Source: Oscillospiraceae bacterium (lineage in GTDB: Bacteria; Bacillota; Clostridia; Oscillospirales; UBA929). From it: DNA of 64,000 nucleotides. The stretch is from positions 66,514 to 130,513 of the forward strand of contig WRKO01000003.1 of assembly GCA_009782215.1 (NCBI GenBank), written 5' to 3'. This document shows positions 1-9,857 of this stretch, in pieces. A program made the position numbers and the translations under genes. The notes beneath the pieces were generated by a model, which had not been told where the DNA came from, did not search any database, and saw only the letters and a program-made list of their open reading frames with translations. Positions within the stretch are counted from its first letter, which is position 1, and each line of letters opens with the position of its first letter.

Positions 1-19
1 CGGCTTCGCAGGACGCGGA

Positions 20-691
20 TTACAGAGCCTGCGCGTCGCTGAAATAACCGGCCGCCCTGTCCCAATCGACAATGTGAAGCCAGTCTTGTATGTAGTCTGG
101 GCGTTTGTTGTAATGCTTCAGGTAATACGCGTGTTCCCAGACGTCGATGCAGACGAGGGGACACAGGTTCCGCGTCAGCGGGGTGTCTTGGTTGGCGGTT
201 TTGAGGATGGTGAGCTTTCCCTCCGGCATGACCGCCAGCCACGCGTACCCGGAGCCGAAGACGCCCGCCGCCGCCGCGGAAAACGCCTTGATAAAACCTT
301 CAACCCCGCTGAAATCCCGTTCAAGCGCGGTTAGCAGCGTTCCGGCCGGCATGGCCGACTTGTCCCCGCGCGGCGCGTCGGGGTCGCCGCGCCCGGCGGG
401 GGGCGACATCCCGTTGAAGAAAAAGATATGGTTATACACGCCACCAGCGTTGTTTTTCACCGGCGTGCGCAGCGCGTCCGGCAGCCAGCCGGCTTGTGTA
501 ATCAGCCGCTCAAGGCTCCAGCTTTGATACTCTGGAAAGCCCTTGAGCGCGGCGTTGAGGTTATCGACATAGGTTTTCAGGTGGCGGTCGTGGTGAAGCT
601 CCATTGTCAGTGTGTCGATGTACGGCTCCAGCGCGCCGTACGCATACGGCAGCGGCGGCAGTTCAAATGGGTAATGGCGCATAGATAACAC
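20..691 (-). CDS. sodA: Fe/Mn-family superoxide dismutase
   Basis: 223-aa ORF. FELPPLPY..LEPYID..TMELHHDRH near the N-terminus and DVWEHAYYL..YNKRPDY near the C-terminus are the diagnostic Fe/Mn-SOD metal-ligand motifs. Confidence 0.95.
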   Translation of the reverse strand: MLSMRHYPFELPPLPYAYGALEPYIDTLTMELHHDRHLKTYVDNLNAALKGFPEYQSWSLERLITQAGWLPDALRTPVKNNAGGVYNHIFFFNGMSPPAGRGDPDAPRGDKSAMPAGTLLTALERDFSGVEGFIKAFSAAAAGVFGSGYAWLAVMPEGKLTILKTANQDTPLTRNLCPLVCIDVWEHAYYLKHYNKRPDYIQDWLHIVDWDRAAGYFSDAQAL

Positions 692-707
692 TCCTTCCGA
701 GTATAGT

Positions 708-3393
<2,686 letters not shown>

Positions 3394-3430
3394 ACCGCAC
3401 CGCCTCCAGACGAATCGTTTGTACAGAGTT

Positions 3431-3459
3431 ACTCTACCACAGCCGCGAGGGCTTGTCAA
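3431..3459 (-). promoter_or_regulatory. sigma-A-type promoter for the membrane-protein/ligA unit
   Basis: Reverse strand reads TTGACA, 17 nt, TAGAGT, with TGn immediately upstream of the -10. Confidence 0.4.
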
Positions 3460-3484
3460 ATGGAAATTTGTTATTATTTCCCAT

Positions 3485-4225
3485 TTACTGTACCGCTCTG
3501 AACAAATCCTCCACCTGAAAGTAGCTGTCCGGCACCGCGCCGACGATGACCGTCTCCGCGATGGAAACCTGCGTGCCGACCTGTGTGCCGATGCTGTAGC
3601 CCGGCAGCAGGACATGGACGTCAACGGTGATATCCATCATAATCTGATGGCGGGTCTGGTTGATGCCGGCGGCGGAAAACTGATTGGAAAACCCGGCGCT
3701 CACCGTGCCGAGGGGGACGATTTTCAAGGGAATCCTCGGCCCCCGCCCGCTGAAGATATCGCTGTTGATGAGGTTGCCCGCCGGGATGGACAATCCGGCG
3801 GTGTCAATCCGCTCAAGGGAGAGCAGGACTTCCTCGGTGATATCGGCGCGGAGGCGGTTGACCGAGATGATATCGGTCTTGAGGGCGGTGATTTGGCCGT
3901 ATATATCCTTTTCAAAGAAAACAAGGCTGCCGTAGGTCACATTGTCGTCGGTAATCCGCCTGACAATGGCCTGATTGATGACGCGGGACGCCAGACGATC
4001 CACCTCCACCCGCGCCATCTGCGTCATAATGGGACGCAAATGGTTGCCGATGTAATAATTGCCGAGGAAAAACACCGCCAGACCGGCGGCAATCGCTGCC
4101 AGCAACGGAAAACGCCGGATACGCCCCGGCGCGGCCCTGCGGCGGCGGAGACGGAATCGGACAGGAAGCCCGCGCGCCCGCGCGGCGCGGAGCCTGAGCG
4201 AAAAACGATGGCTGAAACGGCGCAT
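3485..4225 (-). CDS. yunB: sporulation protein YunB
   Basis: Basic N-terminus (MRRFSHRFSLRLR...), a single TM helix (FPLLAAIAAGLAVFFLG), then the YunB-type body (..IMMDITVDVHVLLPGY..IVGAVPDSYF). The longer ORF-track form (to 4360) runs through the 21-bp repeat into AT-rich island DNA and is rejected. Confidence 0.75.
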   Translation of the reverse strand: MRRFSHRFSLRLRAARARGLPVRFRLRRRRAAPGRIRRFPLLAAIAAGLAVFFLGNYYIGNHLRPIMTQMARVEVDRLASRVINQAIVRRITDDNVTYGSLVFFEKDIYGQITALKTDIISVNRLRADITEEVLLSLERIDTAGLSIPAGNLINSDIFSGRGPRIPLKIVPLGTVSAGFSNQFSAAGINQTRHQIMMDITVDVHVLLPGYSIGTQVGTQVSIAETVIVGAVPDSYFQVEDLFRAVQ

Positions 4226-4256
4226 GGCATGACCCCCCCACTGCAATCTATGCGGG

Positions 4257-4277
4257 GGCTGCGGGGGGTTATGCCCT
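4257..4277. repeat. left copy of a perfect 21-bp direct repeat GGCTGCGGGGGGTTATGCCCT
   Basis: Identical 21-mer recurs at 6969..6989. This copy lies about 30 nt upstream of the yunB start. Confidence 0.9.
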
Positions 4278-4504
4278 TTGTGGCGTTTTCTTTGCCTAAT
4301 TCTTGCGAGTATTTCTTTATATCCTTGTCGGTAGTTTGCAAATTCGCCAGTAGATTGCAATAAACTCCCAAACTGAACAAAGGTTTTTGGAGCGTTCTTA
4401 ATCAGGTGTGGCTATTTGTGTTCGCCACTGCGATGGTTGTGACATCGCCTAAGTGAGAGTTTAATTGATTGACGTCCCTCGCGCATATAATCATTACATA
4501 GCTC

Positions 4505-4534
4505 TTGACTTTAATTATAAGGTTGTGTTACAAT
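4505..4534 (+). promoter_or_regulatory. sigma-A-type promoter for island genes A and B
   Basis: TTGACT, 18 nt, TACAAT, with TGn extended -10. Confidence 0.5.
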
Positions 4535-4604
4535 ATAACGAGCAATGGGGGTAATAAAAATATATCCGCCCTCCAAAAGAGTATTACTACAGGAGGACAA
4601 GTTT

Positions 4605-4928
4605 ATGATGATGGTAAGTAAGATTATTGCAGGTAAATACGCTGGTTGTAAGATGCTCTATAGTAAAGTTTACGGTCACATAAAGATAGAATCTACTGGT
4701 GTTTATGTAGACAATAAGACCGTGGAATCTGTCGAATTCGGCGGTAGCGAAGACGACTTCAGAACGGGACAAGCTGTTGTCGGAGCCGCGTTGCTCGGCC
4801 CCATAGGATTGCTAGTTGGCGGAAACAACAAAAGGTATAGTGTTATACTTAACTGGAGAGATGGCGAGAGGTCACTTTGTGACCTAAACAAACAGGAATA
4901 CGAAGCGATACAAATGCGGTTTTTTTAG
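4605..4928 (+). CDS. small hypothetical protein (107 aa) with a Gly-zipper-like hydrophobic segment
   Basis: ATG at 4605 preceded by AGGAGG. The sequence contains GQAVVGAALLGPIGLLVGG followed by a short beta-like segment (YSVILNWRDGERSL). No family recognised. Confidence 0.55.
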   Translation: MMMVSKIIAGKYAGCKMLYSKVYGHIKIESTGVYVDNKTVESVEFGGSEDDFRTGQAVVGAALLGPIGLLVGGNNKRYSVILNWRDGERSLCDLNKQEYEAIQMRFF

Positions 4929-4963
4929 AGTGAGTCACAGCAATACTAGGTGGAAAGAAAGGG

Positions 4964-5494
4964 TTGGTTTTCGTGGCTCTTATTAATTGCCCTGAATGTC
5001 AAAAAGAAATATCAGACAAATCCCCGGCGTGCGTTGGATGCGGTTTCCCGATTGTACAACCCGTTGATGAACTATATAAGCTAACACTAGACCATAGAGA
5101 GATTCGCCCTTCGGTGGCGGCTGAGTTTGACCGATACCTCATGGATGTTATGGGTGTTTGGGAGAACGACGATGCGTACTCTAAACTCTATAGTATGTTA
5201 GTTGCTTTAGACGACTTCCCTCAAGTTATTCTCGAAAATATCTCTTACGAAGACGCTATAGCAACACAAAGCAAAATCGAATCATTCGGTGGTAGAACAT
5301 CAATCTACCGCATGAGTGAGCGTGTCGTAAAGAAGGATATCGCCGGCGTCGCAAAATGCCCCACCTGTAGCTCCACCAAATTAAAACAAATCGGAGCAGC
5401 CAACAAAGTAGGAGCCGCAGCGCTGTTCGGGGTTCTAACTGTTAGTCATGTGGGGAAGACGTTCAAGTGTGGGGACTGTGGGTATAGTTGGTGA
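4964..5494 (+). CDS. double zinc-ribbon protein, unknown function
   Basis: N-terminal CPECQ...CVGCG ribbon. C-terminal CPTC...(hydrophobic VGAAALFGVLTV)...CGDCG is a split ribbon with a LITAF-like arrangement. The middle segment FPQVILENISYEDAIATQSKIESFGG loosely resembles the L7/L12 C-terminal fold. The start may instead be GTG at 4973. Confidence 0.6.
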   Translation: MVFVALINCPECQKEISDKSPACVGCGFPIVQPVDELYKLTLDHREIRPSVAAEFDRYLMDVMGVWENDDAYSKLYSMLVALDDFPQVILENISYEDAIATQSKIESFGGRTSIYRMSERVVKKDIAGVAKCPTCSSTKLKQIGAANKVGAAALFGVLTVSHVGKTFKCGDCGYSW

Positions 5495-5563
5495 GTGTGG
5501 GTTGTTGGCAAAGATGTGAGGCTGGCACTATTTCATTTGTTGCTGAAATAAGTAGTCGATTAG

Positions 5564-6673
5564 TTATAGTCCAAGCCTCTTTGCACTAGCAACGATTTCT
5601 CCGTAAATCTCATCATGAGTATCTAAATCAAAGTCGGCTAAAAAACCAAGATCGGCTTCCCAGATAGGTATAGAGTGATAGTGTCTAGGGTTATTTTTGT
5701 TACGCCACAACAAGTAGTTTAGATGCTTAGATATTTCATATTTTTTCATTTGCTTACAAGAAAGAATAGTGGCAAGCCTTGTACGCCTAGTATCTTCAGA
5801 AATTTTTGTATTATATCCAAGTATATTCAATAGAGAACGCTCACTACCTTCAGAAATAAGGTAATATCCTTTGTGTTCATTGTAATAGATTTTCCCGTCT
5901 TCAGAAAATACTTTCACAAGAAGATTATGATGCCTTTCTTGATATATTTGAAATATGTTATCTTCAACAAAATATTTATCACAGTGTAAACACCCATGTA
6001 CATATATATTTTCAACACTTACATTTCCCTTTGAATTACTACACAATACTTTGGCCTTGACCTCCTTAATATCGTGACCATTTCTATAACAGTGAACAAA
6101 CCCGAAACACAAACGGATTTCTTTGATAACATTTTGCAAATCAAGACAGTTTATTTGATTATTGTCACGAGTAAAAATATGATTCTTTGCGTAAAAATCA
6201 AACCTACTTTTCAGAGAGATATAAGCGTCTTCGACAGATATATTTCTCCCGCAATTTTGGGCTACATGAATTATGTGGGAAATAACACAAAAATCGAGTT
6301 CTCTCAGATAGACATCAAACGAGACAATACGCGGAACAAATGATGCGCTATCAATACTATATGTGAACATATTAAAGAGATGACTCTTCTTAATAACAGA
6401 ATAATTAATATAGATAGAGTATTCTTCAGAAAATAACACCTTGTGTTCTTTTAAGAACTTACTCAGCGGCGGTTTGAAGCAAACTATCGCGGAATAAGGA
6501 TTTAGCATTTTATCATCGCCTTGTATTGATGCAGAACATTTCTGAAGATATTTTATGTATTTTTCAGAAGATGTGCAATATACGTTATATAGTTCATCAT
6601 AGAGTCCAAGAGCGATTAACTTTTTTGTCGTAACAACCCTCTCGTTATTATTAAGGTAATTTCTGACACTCAC
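5564..6673 (-). CDS. hypothetical protein (about 369 aa), no recognisable family
   Basis: AT-rich codon usage typical of the island. ORF-track start 6694 (TTG) lies only about 10 nt from the predicted TSS. GTG at 6673 follows GAGGGAGAGAG and is preferred. Contains a possible Zn site (HC...CLHC) and a basic C-terminal segment. Confidence 0.55.
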   Translation of the reverse strand: MSVRNYLNNNERVVTTKKLIALGLYDELYNVYCTSSEKYIKYLQKCSASIQGDDKMLNPYSAIVCFKPPLSKFLKEHKVLFSEEYSIYINYSVIKKSHLFNMFTYSIDSASFVPRIVSFDVYLRELDFCVISHIIHVAQNCGRNISVEDAYISLKSRFDFYAKNHIFTRDNNQINCLDLQNVIKEIRLCFGFVHCYRNGHDIKEVKAKVLCSNSKGNVSVENIYVHGCLHCDKYFVEDNIFQIYQERHHNLLVKVFSEDGKIYYNEHKGYYLISEGSERSLLNILGYNTKISEDTRRTRLATILSCKQMKKYEISKHLNYLLWRNKNNPRHYHSIPIWEADLGFLADFDLDTHDEIYGEIVASAKRLGL

Positions 6674-6703
6674 ACTAACTCTCTCCCTCAGCAATTTGCA
6701 ACA

Positions 6704-6732
6704 ATATTATCACAGAAGAGAGTACGTGTCAA
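6704..6732 (-). promoter_or_regulatory. sigma-A-type promoter for the 369-aa island gene
   Basis: Reverse strand reads TTGACA, 17 nt, TAATAT, with TGn. Confidence 0.5.
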
Positions 6733-6771
6733 CCATCACAACCCCAATCCACACCAATCAATACATCTATA

Positions 6772-6870
6772 CCAGACCAAATTAGAGAACTGGCAAAGCT
6801 GAAAGACGAAGGGTTGTTGACGGAGGAAGAGTTTGAGATTAAGAAGAGTGAGCTTCTGGCGAAGATGTAA
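6772..6870 (+). pseudogene. start-less SHOCT-domain remnant
   Basis: Frame translates to PDQIRELAKLKDEGLLTEEEFEIKKSELLAKM*, a classical SHOCT (short C-terminal domain) sequence. The open frame (from 6679) has no ATG/GTG/TTG, and its upstream part is occupied by the opposite-strand promoter. Not in the ORF track. Confidence 0.5.
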
Positions 6871-6871
6871 A

Positions 6872-6900
6872 AATCCCGCCCATAGGCAGGATTCTTTATT
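6872..6900 (+). terminator. rho-independent terminator after the SHOCT remnant
   Basis: AATCCCGCC / GGCAGGATT stem (one mismatch), 4-nt loop, followed by CTTTATT. Confidence 0.55.
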
Positions 6901-6968
6901 GAAACCATATGGCTTCCACACCACCCCACTCGTGCGCAGCCCATTTATGTTGTCAATGGGTATTTTAC

Positions 6969-6989
6969 GGCTGCGGGGGGTTATGCCCT
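6969..6989. repeat. right copy of the perfect 21-bp direct repeat
   Basis: Identical to 4257..4277. On the reverse strand it supplies the last two codons and stop of yggS (AGG GCA TAA) plus 12 nt of 3' flank. Confidence 0.9.
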
Positions 6990-7625
6990 CGCGCCGAACA
7001 GGGCGGAGCCGACGCGGATCATGTTGGCTCCGGCGCGGATGGCCGCCTCGTAGTCGTCGCTCATGCCCATTGACAGGATTTCAAGCCCATACGCCCGATA
7101 GAGGTCAAACAGCCGCCGCATCTGCTCAAAATACCGCGTTTCACCCGGCGGGGGGATGCACATCAGCCCCCGTACGCGGAGGTTCTTCAGCGCGGACATG
7201 GTGTTCAGCGCGGACGGCAGGCTATCCGGCGCGAAACCGCCCTTTGTTTCCTCCAGAGCGATGTTCACCTGCGCCAGCACGGGCTGGACAACCCGCAGCT
7301 TCCCGGCGCAGTTGTCGATTGTCTCCGCCAGCGCCATTGAGTCCACCGAATGGATGAGCGATACCCTTCCGACGACCTTGGCTGCCTTGTTTTTTTGCAA
7401 GCGGCCTATAAAATGCAGCGGCACGCCCCCGTAGGCGCCCAGCGCGTCTTTTTCCACAAGTTCCTGCACACGGTTCTCCCCCGCCGCGTCCACTCCGGCG
7501 GCAACCGCTTGGCGCACGGCTTCCGCCGTCTGGGCTTTGCACGCCGCCACCAGCGTGACGTTTCCGCCGCCGCCCGCCTGCTCGGCACGCCGCCGTATCT
7601 CTTTTATGTTTTGGGCGATGTTCAA
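6981..7625 (-). CDS. yggS: YggS-family pyridoxal-phosphate homeostasis protein
   Basis: 214 aa. Matching segments: VTLVAACKAQ (PLP lysine region), GENRVQEL, HFIGRLQKNKAAKVV, IHSVDS, LSMGMSDDYE.AI..GA..IRVGSALFG. Confidence 0.9.
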   Translation of the reverse strand: MNIAQNIKEIRRRAEQAGGGGNVTLVAACKAQTAEAVRQAVAAGVDAAGENRVQELVEKDALGAYGGVPLHFIGRLQKNKAAKVVGRVSLIHSVDSMALAETIDNCAGKLRVVQPVLAQVNIALEETKGGFAPDSLPSALNTMSALKNLRVRGLMCIPPPGETRYFEQMRRLFDLYRAYGLEILSMGMSDDYEAAIRAGANMIRVGSALFGARA

Positions 7626-7641
7626 TCAGGCCACTCCCCAC

Positions 7642-7670
7642 TTGAAATATTCCGGTGTTTATACTATTAT
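7642..7670 (+). promoter_or_regulatory. candidate promoter for pncA-nadV
   Basis: TTGAAA, 17 nt, TATTAT. Confidence 0.4.
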
Positions 7671-7701
7671 TATATTATCTGATACGCGGAGGCATTGCAA
7701 G

Positions 7702-8247
7702 ATGAAAAAGGCGCTCATTGTCATTGATATGCAAAACGATTTTATCACCGGAGCCCTCGGCTCTCCGCAGGCGCGGGAGGTCGTGCCGAAAATCGCGGAC
7801 AAAATACGGAAGCATCTTCACGGCGGTGGGGACGTCTTCTTCACGCGGGACACGCATGGCGAGAATTATTTAGAGACGGCGGAGGGCAGGCATTTACCCG
7901 TGCCGCATTGCCTCAAGGACAGCGAGGGATGGCAGATTTCCGCCGCGCTGACCGACGCTTTGGGGGACGCCCCTGTCCATATATTTGACAAGACGACGTT
8001 CGGCAGCTTGGATTTGGCGCGCTTTTTAAGCGGAGAGGGGTACGGCGAAATAGAGCTTGCCGGTCTGGTGGCGTCTATTTGCGTTGTTTCAAACGCCTTA
8101 ATCCTCAAGGCGCATCTGCCGGAGACGGCGATTACCGTGGACGCCGCCTGCACCGCCGGGGTCGGCGACGAAGACTATCTGGCGAGCCTGTGCGTGATGA
8201 GGATGTGCCACATCGGCGTTATCAGCGGGGACGAAACCCATGACTGA
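7702..8247 (+). CDS. pncA: isochorismatase-family cysteine hydrolase, probable nicotinamidase
   Basis: ORF trimmed to the ATG at 7702 (GGAGG upstream). IVIDMQNDF (Asp), FDKTTF (Lys) and ASICV (Cys) form the triad pattern. TRDTH...H..PHC resembles the PncA metal site. Confidence 0.7.
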   Translation: MKKALIVIDMQNDFITGALGSPQAREVVPKIADKIRKHLHGGGDVFFTRDTHGENYLETAEGRHLPVPHCLKDSEGWQISAALTDALGDAPVHIFDKTTFGSLDLARFLSGEGYGEIELAGLVASICVVSNALILKAHLPETAITVDAACTAGVGDEDYLASLCVMRMCHIGVISGDETHD

Positions 8248-9718
8248 CGTCAACCCGCTGCTGCTGCTTGATTTCTACAAAACAACCCACCACGAGCAAT
8301 ACCCCAAGGGGCTGACCAAGCTCGTATCCTATTTCACGCCCAGAGAATCGCGGATACCGGGGACGGATACGCTGATTATGTTTGGTTTGCAGGGGTTTAT
8401 CAAGACTTACCTGATTCAGTCGTTTGACAAAAACTTTTTCGCCCGTCCGCGGCAAGCCGTCACGGACGCGTACGCGAGGGTTTTGGATTACACGCTTGGA
8501 CGCGGCATTGTTGATTACGGCAAAATTGCCGCGCTCCACCGCTTAGGGTATCTGCCCCTTCAAATCAAGGCGCTGGACGAGGGACTGCGCGTCCCGATGC
8601 GGACGCCGATGTTTGAGGTGACAAACACGCACCCCGATTTCGCATGGCTGGTCAATACGGTGGAATCCTTGATGAGCTGTTCGCTGTGGCACGCTATGGT
8701 CGCCGCCAACGTCGGGTATGCCTACAGACAGCTTGTCAACCGCTATTTTGACATAAGCGTTGACGCCGATGTTCCGCGTAGCCGCGCGCTGGGCGATTTC
8801 AGTATGCGCGGACAGGAAAGCCGCGAGAGCGCCGTCACCACCAGCGCGGCGTTTTGTCTCTCCTTTGTCAACACGGCCACCGTCCCCGCAATCCTTTACC
8901 TCGAGGAAAATTACAACTGCGACTGCGCCCTTGAGCCGGTGGCTTACGGCGCGGTCTCCACCGAACACTCGGTGATGAGCAGCAATTTCGCCGCGGACGG
9001 GGACGAGATTTCCTTGGTCAGGCGGCTGCTGACCGAGATATACCCCGACACGAGCTTCAGCATGGTGAGCGACAGCTACGACTACTGGAACTTGGTGGAG
9101 AACATTCTGCCGCAATGCCGCGCGGAGATTCTGAGCCACAACGGCTTTCTCGGCGTCCGGGGCGACAGCGGCGACCCTGTGGAGATTTCCGTCCAAACGG
9201 TTTTCAAGCTCTGGGAATTGTTCGGCGGCACAACCAATTCCAAGGGATACAAGCTCCTCGACCCGCATTTGAAGGTGATTTACGGCGACGGCATCACCCT
9301 CCATAGAACCGAGGAGATTTACAAACGACTGATTGCGGGCGGCTTTGCCTGCGACAACGTCCTCTTGGCGTCGGGCAGCCATTCGATGCAGGTTCTGGCC
9401 GCGCCCGGTGTTTTGGAGCCGTTCACGCGGGACACCTTCGGCATCGCCGTCAAATCTACGTACGGCGAAATCAACGGAAAGCCTATTTTTATCTACAAAG
9501 ACCCCAAAACCGACGAGCGTCACATAAAAAGGTCGCACAAAGGGTGCTGCGCCGTTACGGCCCGCGGCGGCGGCCTTGTCTGCGCGGACGGGCTGACCTT
9601 CCGCGAGGCCGAAGCCTATCCAGACAACCTTCTCAAGCCGGTCTTCCGCGACGGAAGGATGCTGCGCGAGCAAAGCCTGCGGGAGATACGAAACTTGTTG
9701 CATGAGGGAAATTTTTAA
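8240..9718 (+). CDS. nadV: nicotinamide phosphoribosyltransferase-family enzyme
   Basis: 492 aa. The N-terminus NPLLLLDFYKTTHHEQYPKGLTKLVSYFTPRES matches the NAMPT/NadV signature. The start overlaps the pncA stop (ATGACTGA). Confidence 0.8.
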   Translation: MTDVNPLLLLDFYKTTHHEQYPKGLTKLVSYFTPRESRIPGTDTLIMFGLQGFIKTYLIQSFDKNFFARPRQAVTDAYARVLDYTLGRGIVDYGKIAALHRLGYLPLQIKALDEGLRVPMRTPMFEVTNTHPDFAWLVNTVESLMSCSLWHAMVAANVGYAYRQLVNRYFDISVDADVPRSRALGDFSMRGQESRESAVTTSAAFCLSFVNTATVPAILYLEENYNCDCALEPVAYGAVSTEHSVMSSNFAADGDEISLVRRLLTEIYPDTSFSMVSDSYDYWNLVENILPQCRAEILSHNGFLGVRGDSGDPVEISVQTVFKLWELFGGTTNSKGYKLLDPHLKVIYGDGITLHRTEEIYKRLIAGGFACDNVLLASGSHSMQVLAAPGVLEPFTRDTFGIAVKSTYGEINGKPIFIYKDPKTDERHIKRSHKGCCAVTARGGGLVCADGLTFREAEAYPDNLLKPVFRDGRMLREQSLREIRNLLHEGNF

Positions 9719-9747
9719 TAGTTTTTTAATATTTTGGGCGAAAGTCC

Positions 9748-9776
9748 TTGACAGAATTGCGGAGGTATGTTATCGT
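9748..9776 (+). promoter_or_regulatory. candidate promoter of the glycan-utilisation operon
   Basis: TTGACA, 17 nt, TATCGT. Confidence 0.45.
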
Positions 9777-9857
9777 ATCCGCATGGCAGTGTGCTTTGTT
9801 GATAATGGAGCGCGCTGTGAAATTTTGGTGAAACCACACAAACAAGGAGGAAAACTC

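Larger units (their letters stand above)
4278..6968. mobile_element. AT-rich inserted island (2,691 bp) without a recognisable recombinase
   Basis: Bracketed by the perfect 21-bp direct repeat. Base composition is visibly AT-rich against GC-rich flanks from the first base after the left repeat. Contains its own consensus promoters and only unknown-function ORFs. Confidence 0.6.

Noticed and set aside
4226-4360. N-terminal extension of the yunB ORF (ORF-track form 3485..4360)
   Set aside because: The extension crosses the 21-bp direct repeat into AT-rich island DNA. The MRRFSHRF... start gives the basic N-terminus plus TM helix typical of YunB.
6729-6944. Two overlapping minus-strand ORFs (71 and 62 aa) at the island's right end
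   Set aside because: They overlap the SHOCT frame and its terminator hairpin, lack an SD, and have implausible composition.
7537-7701. 55-codon N-terminal extension of the pncA-like ORF, overlapping the yggS start
   Set aside because: The extension overlaps the divergent yggS gene and the promoter region. The ATG at 7702 has a GGAGG SD and gives the canonical MKKALIVIDMQNDF isochorismatase N-terminus.
8543-9703. 386-aa ORF on the minus strand
   Set aside because: It is entirely antisense to the well-supported nadV-like gene. Its Arg/Ala/Gly/Val-rich low-complexity translation is typical of open antisense frames in GC-rich DNA. It has no SD or family match.
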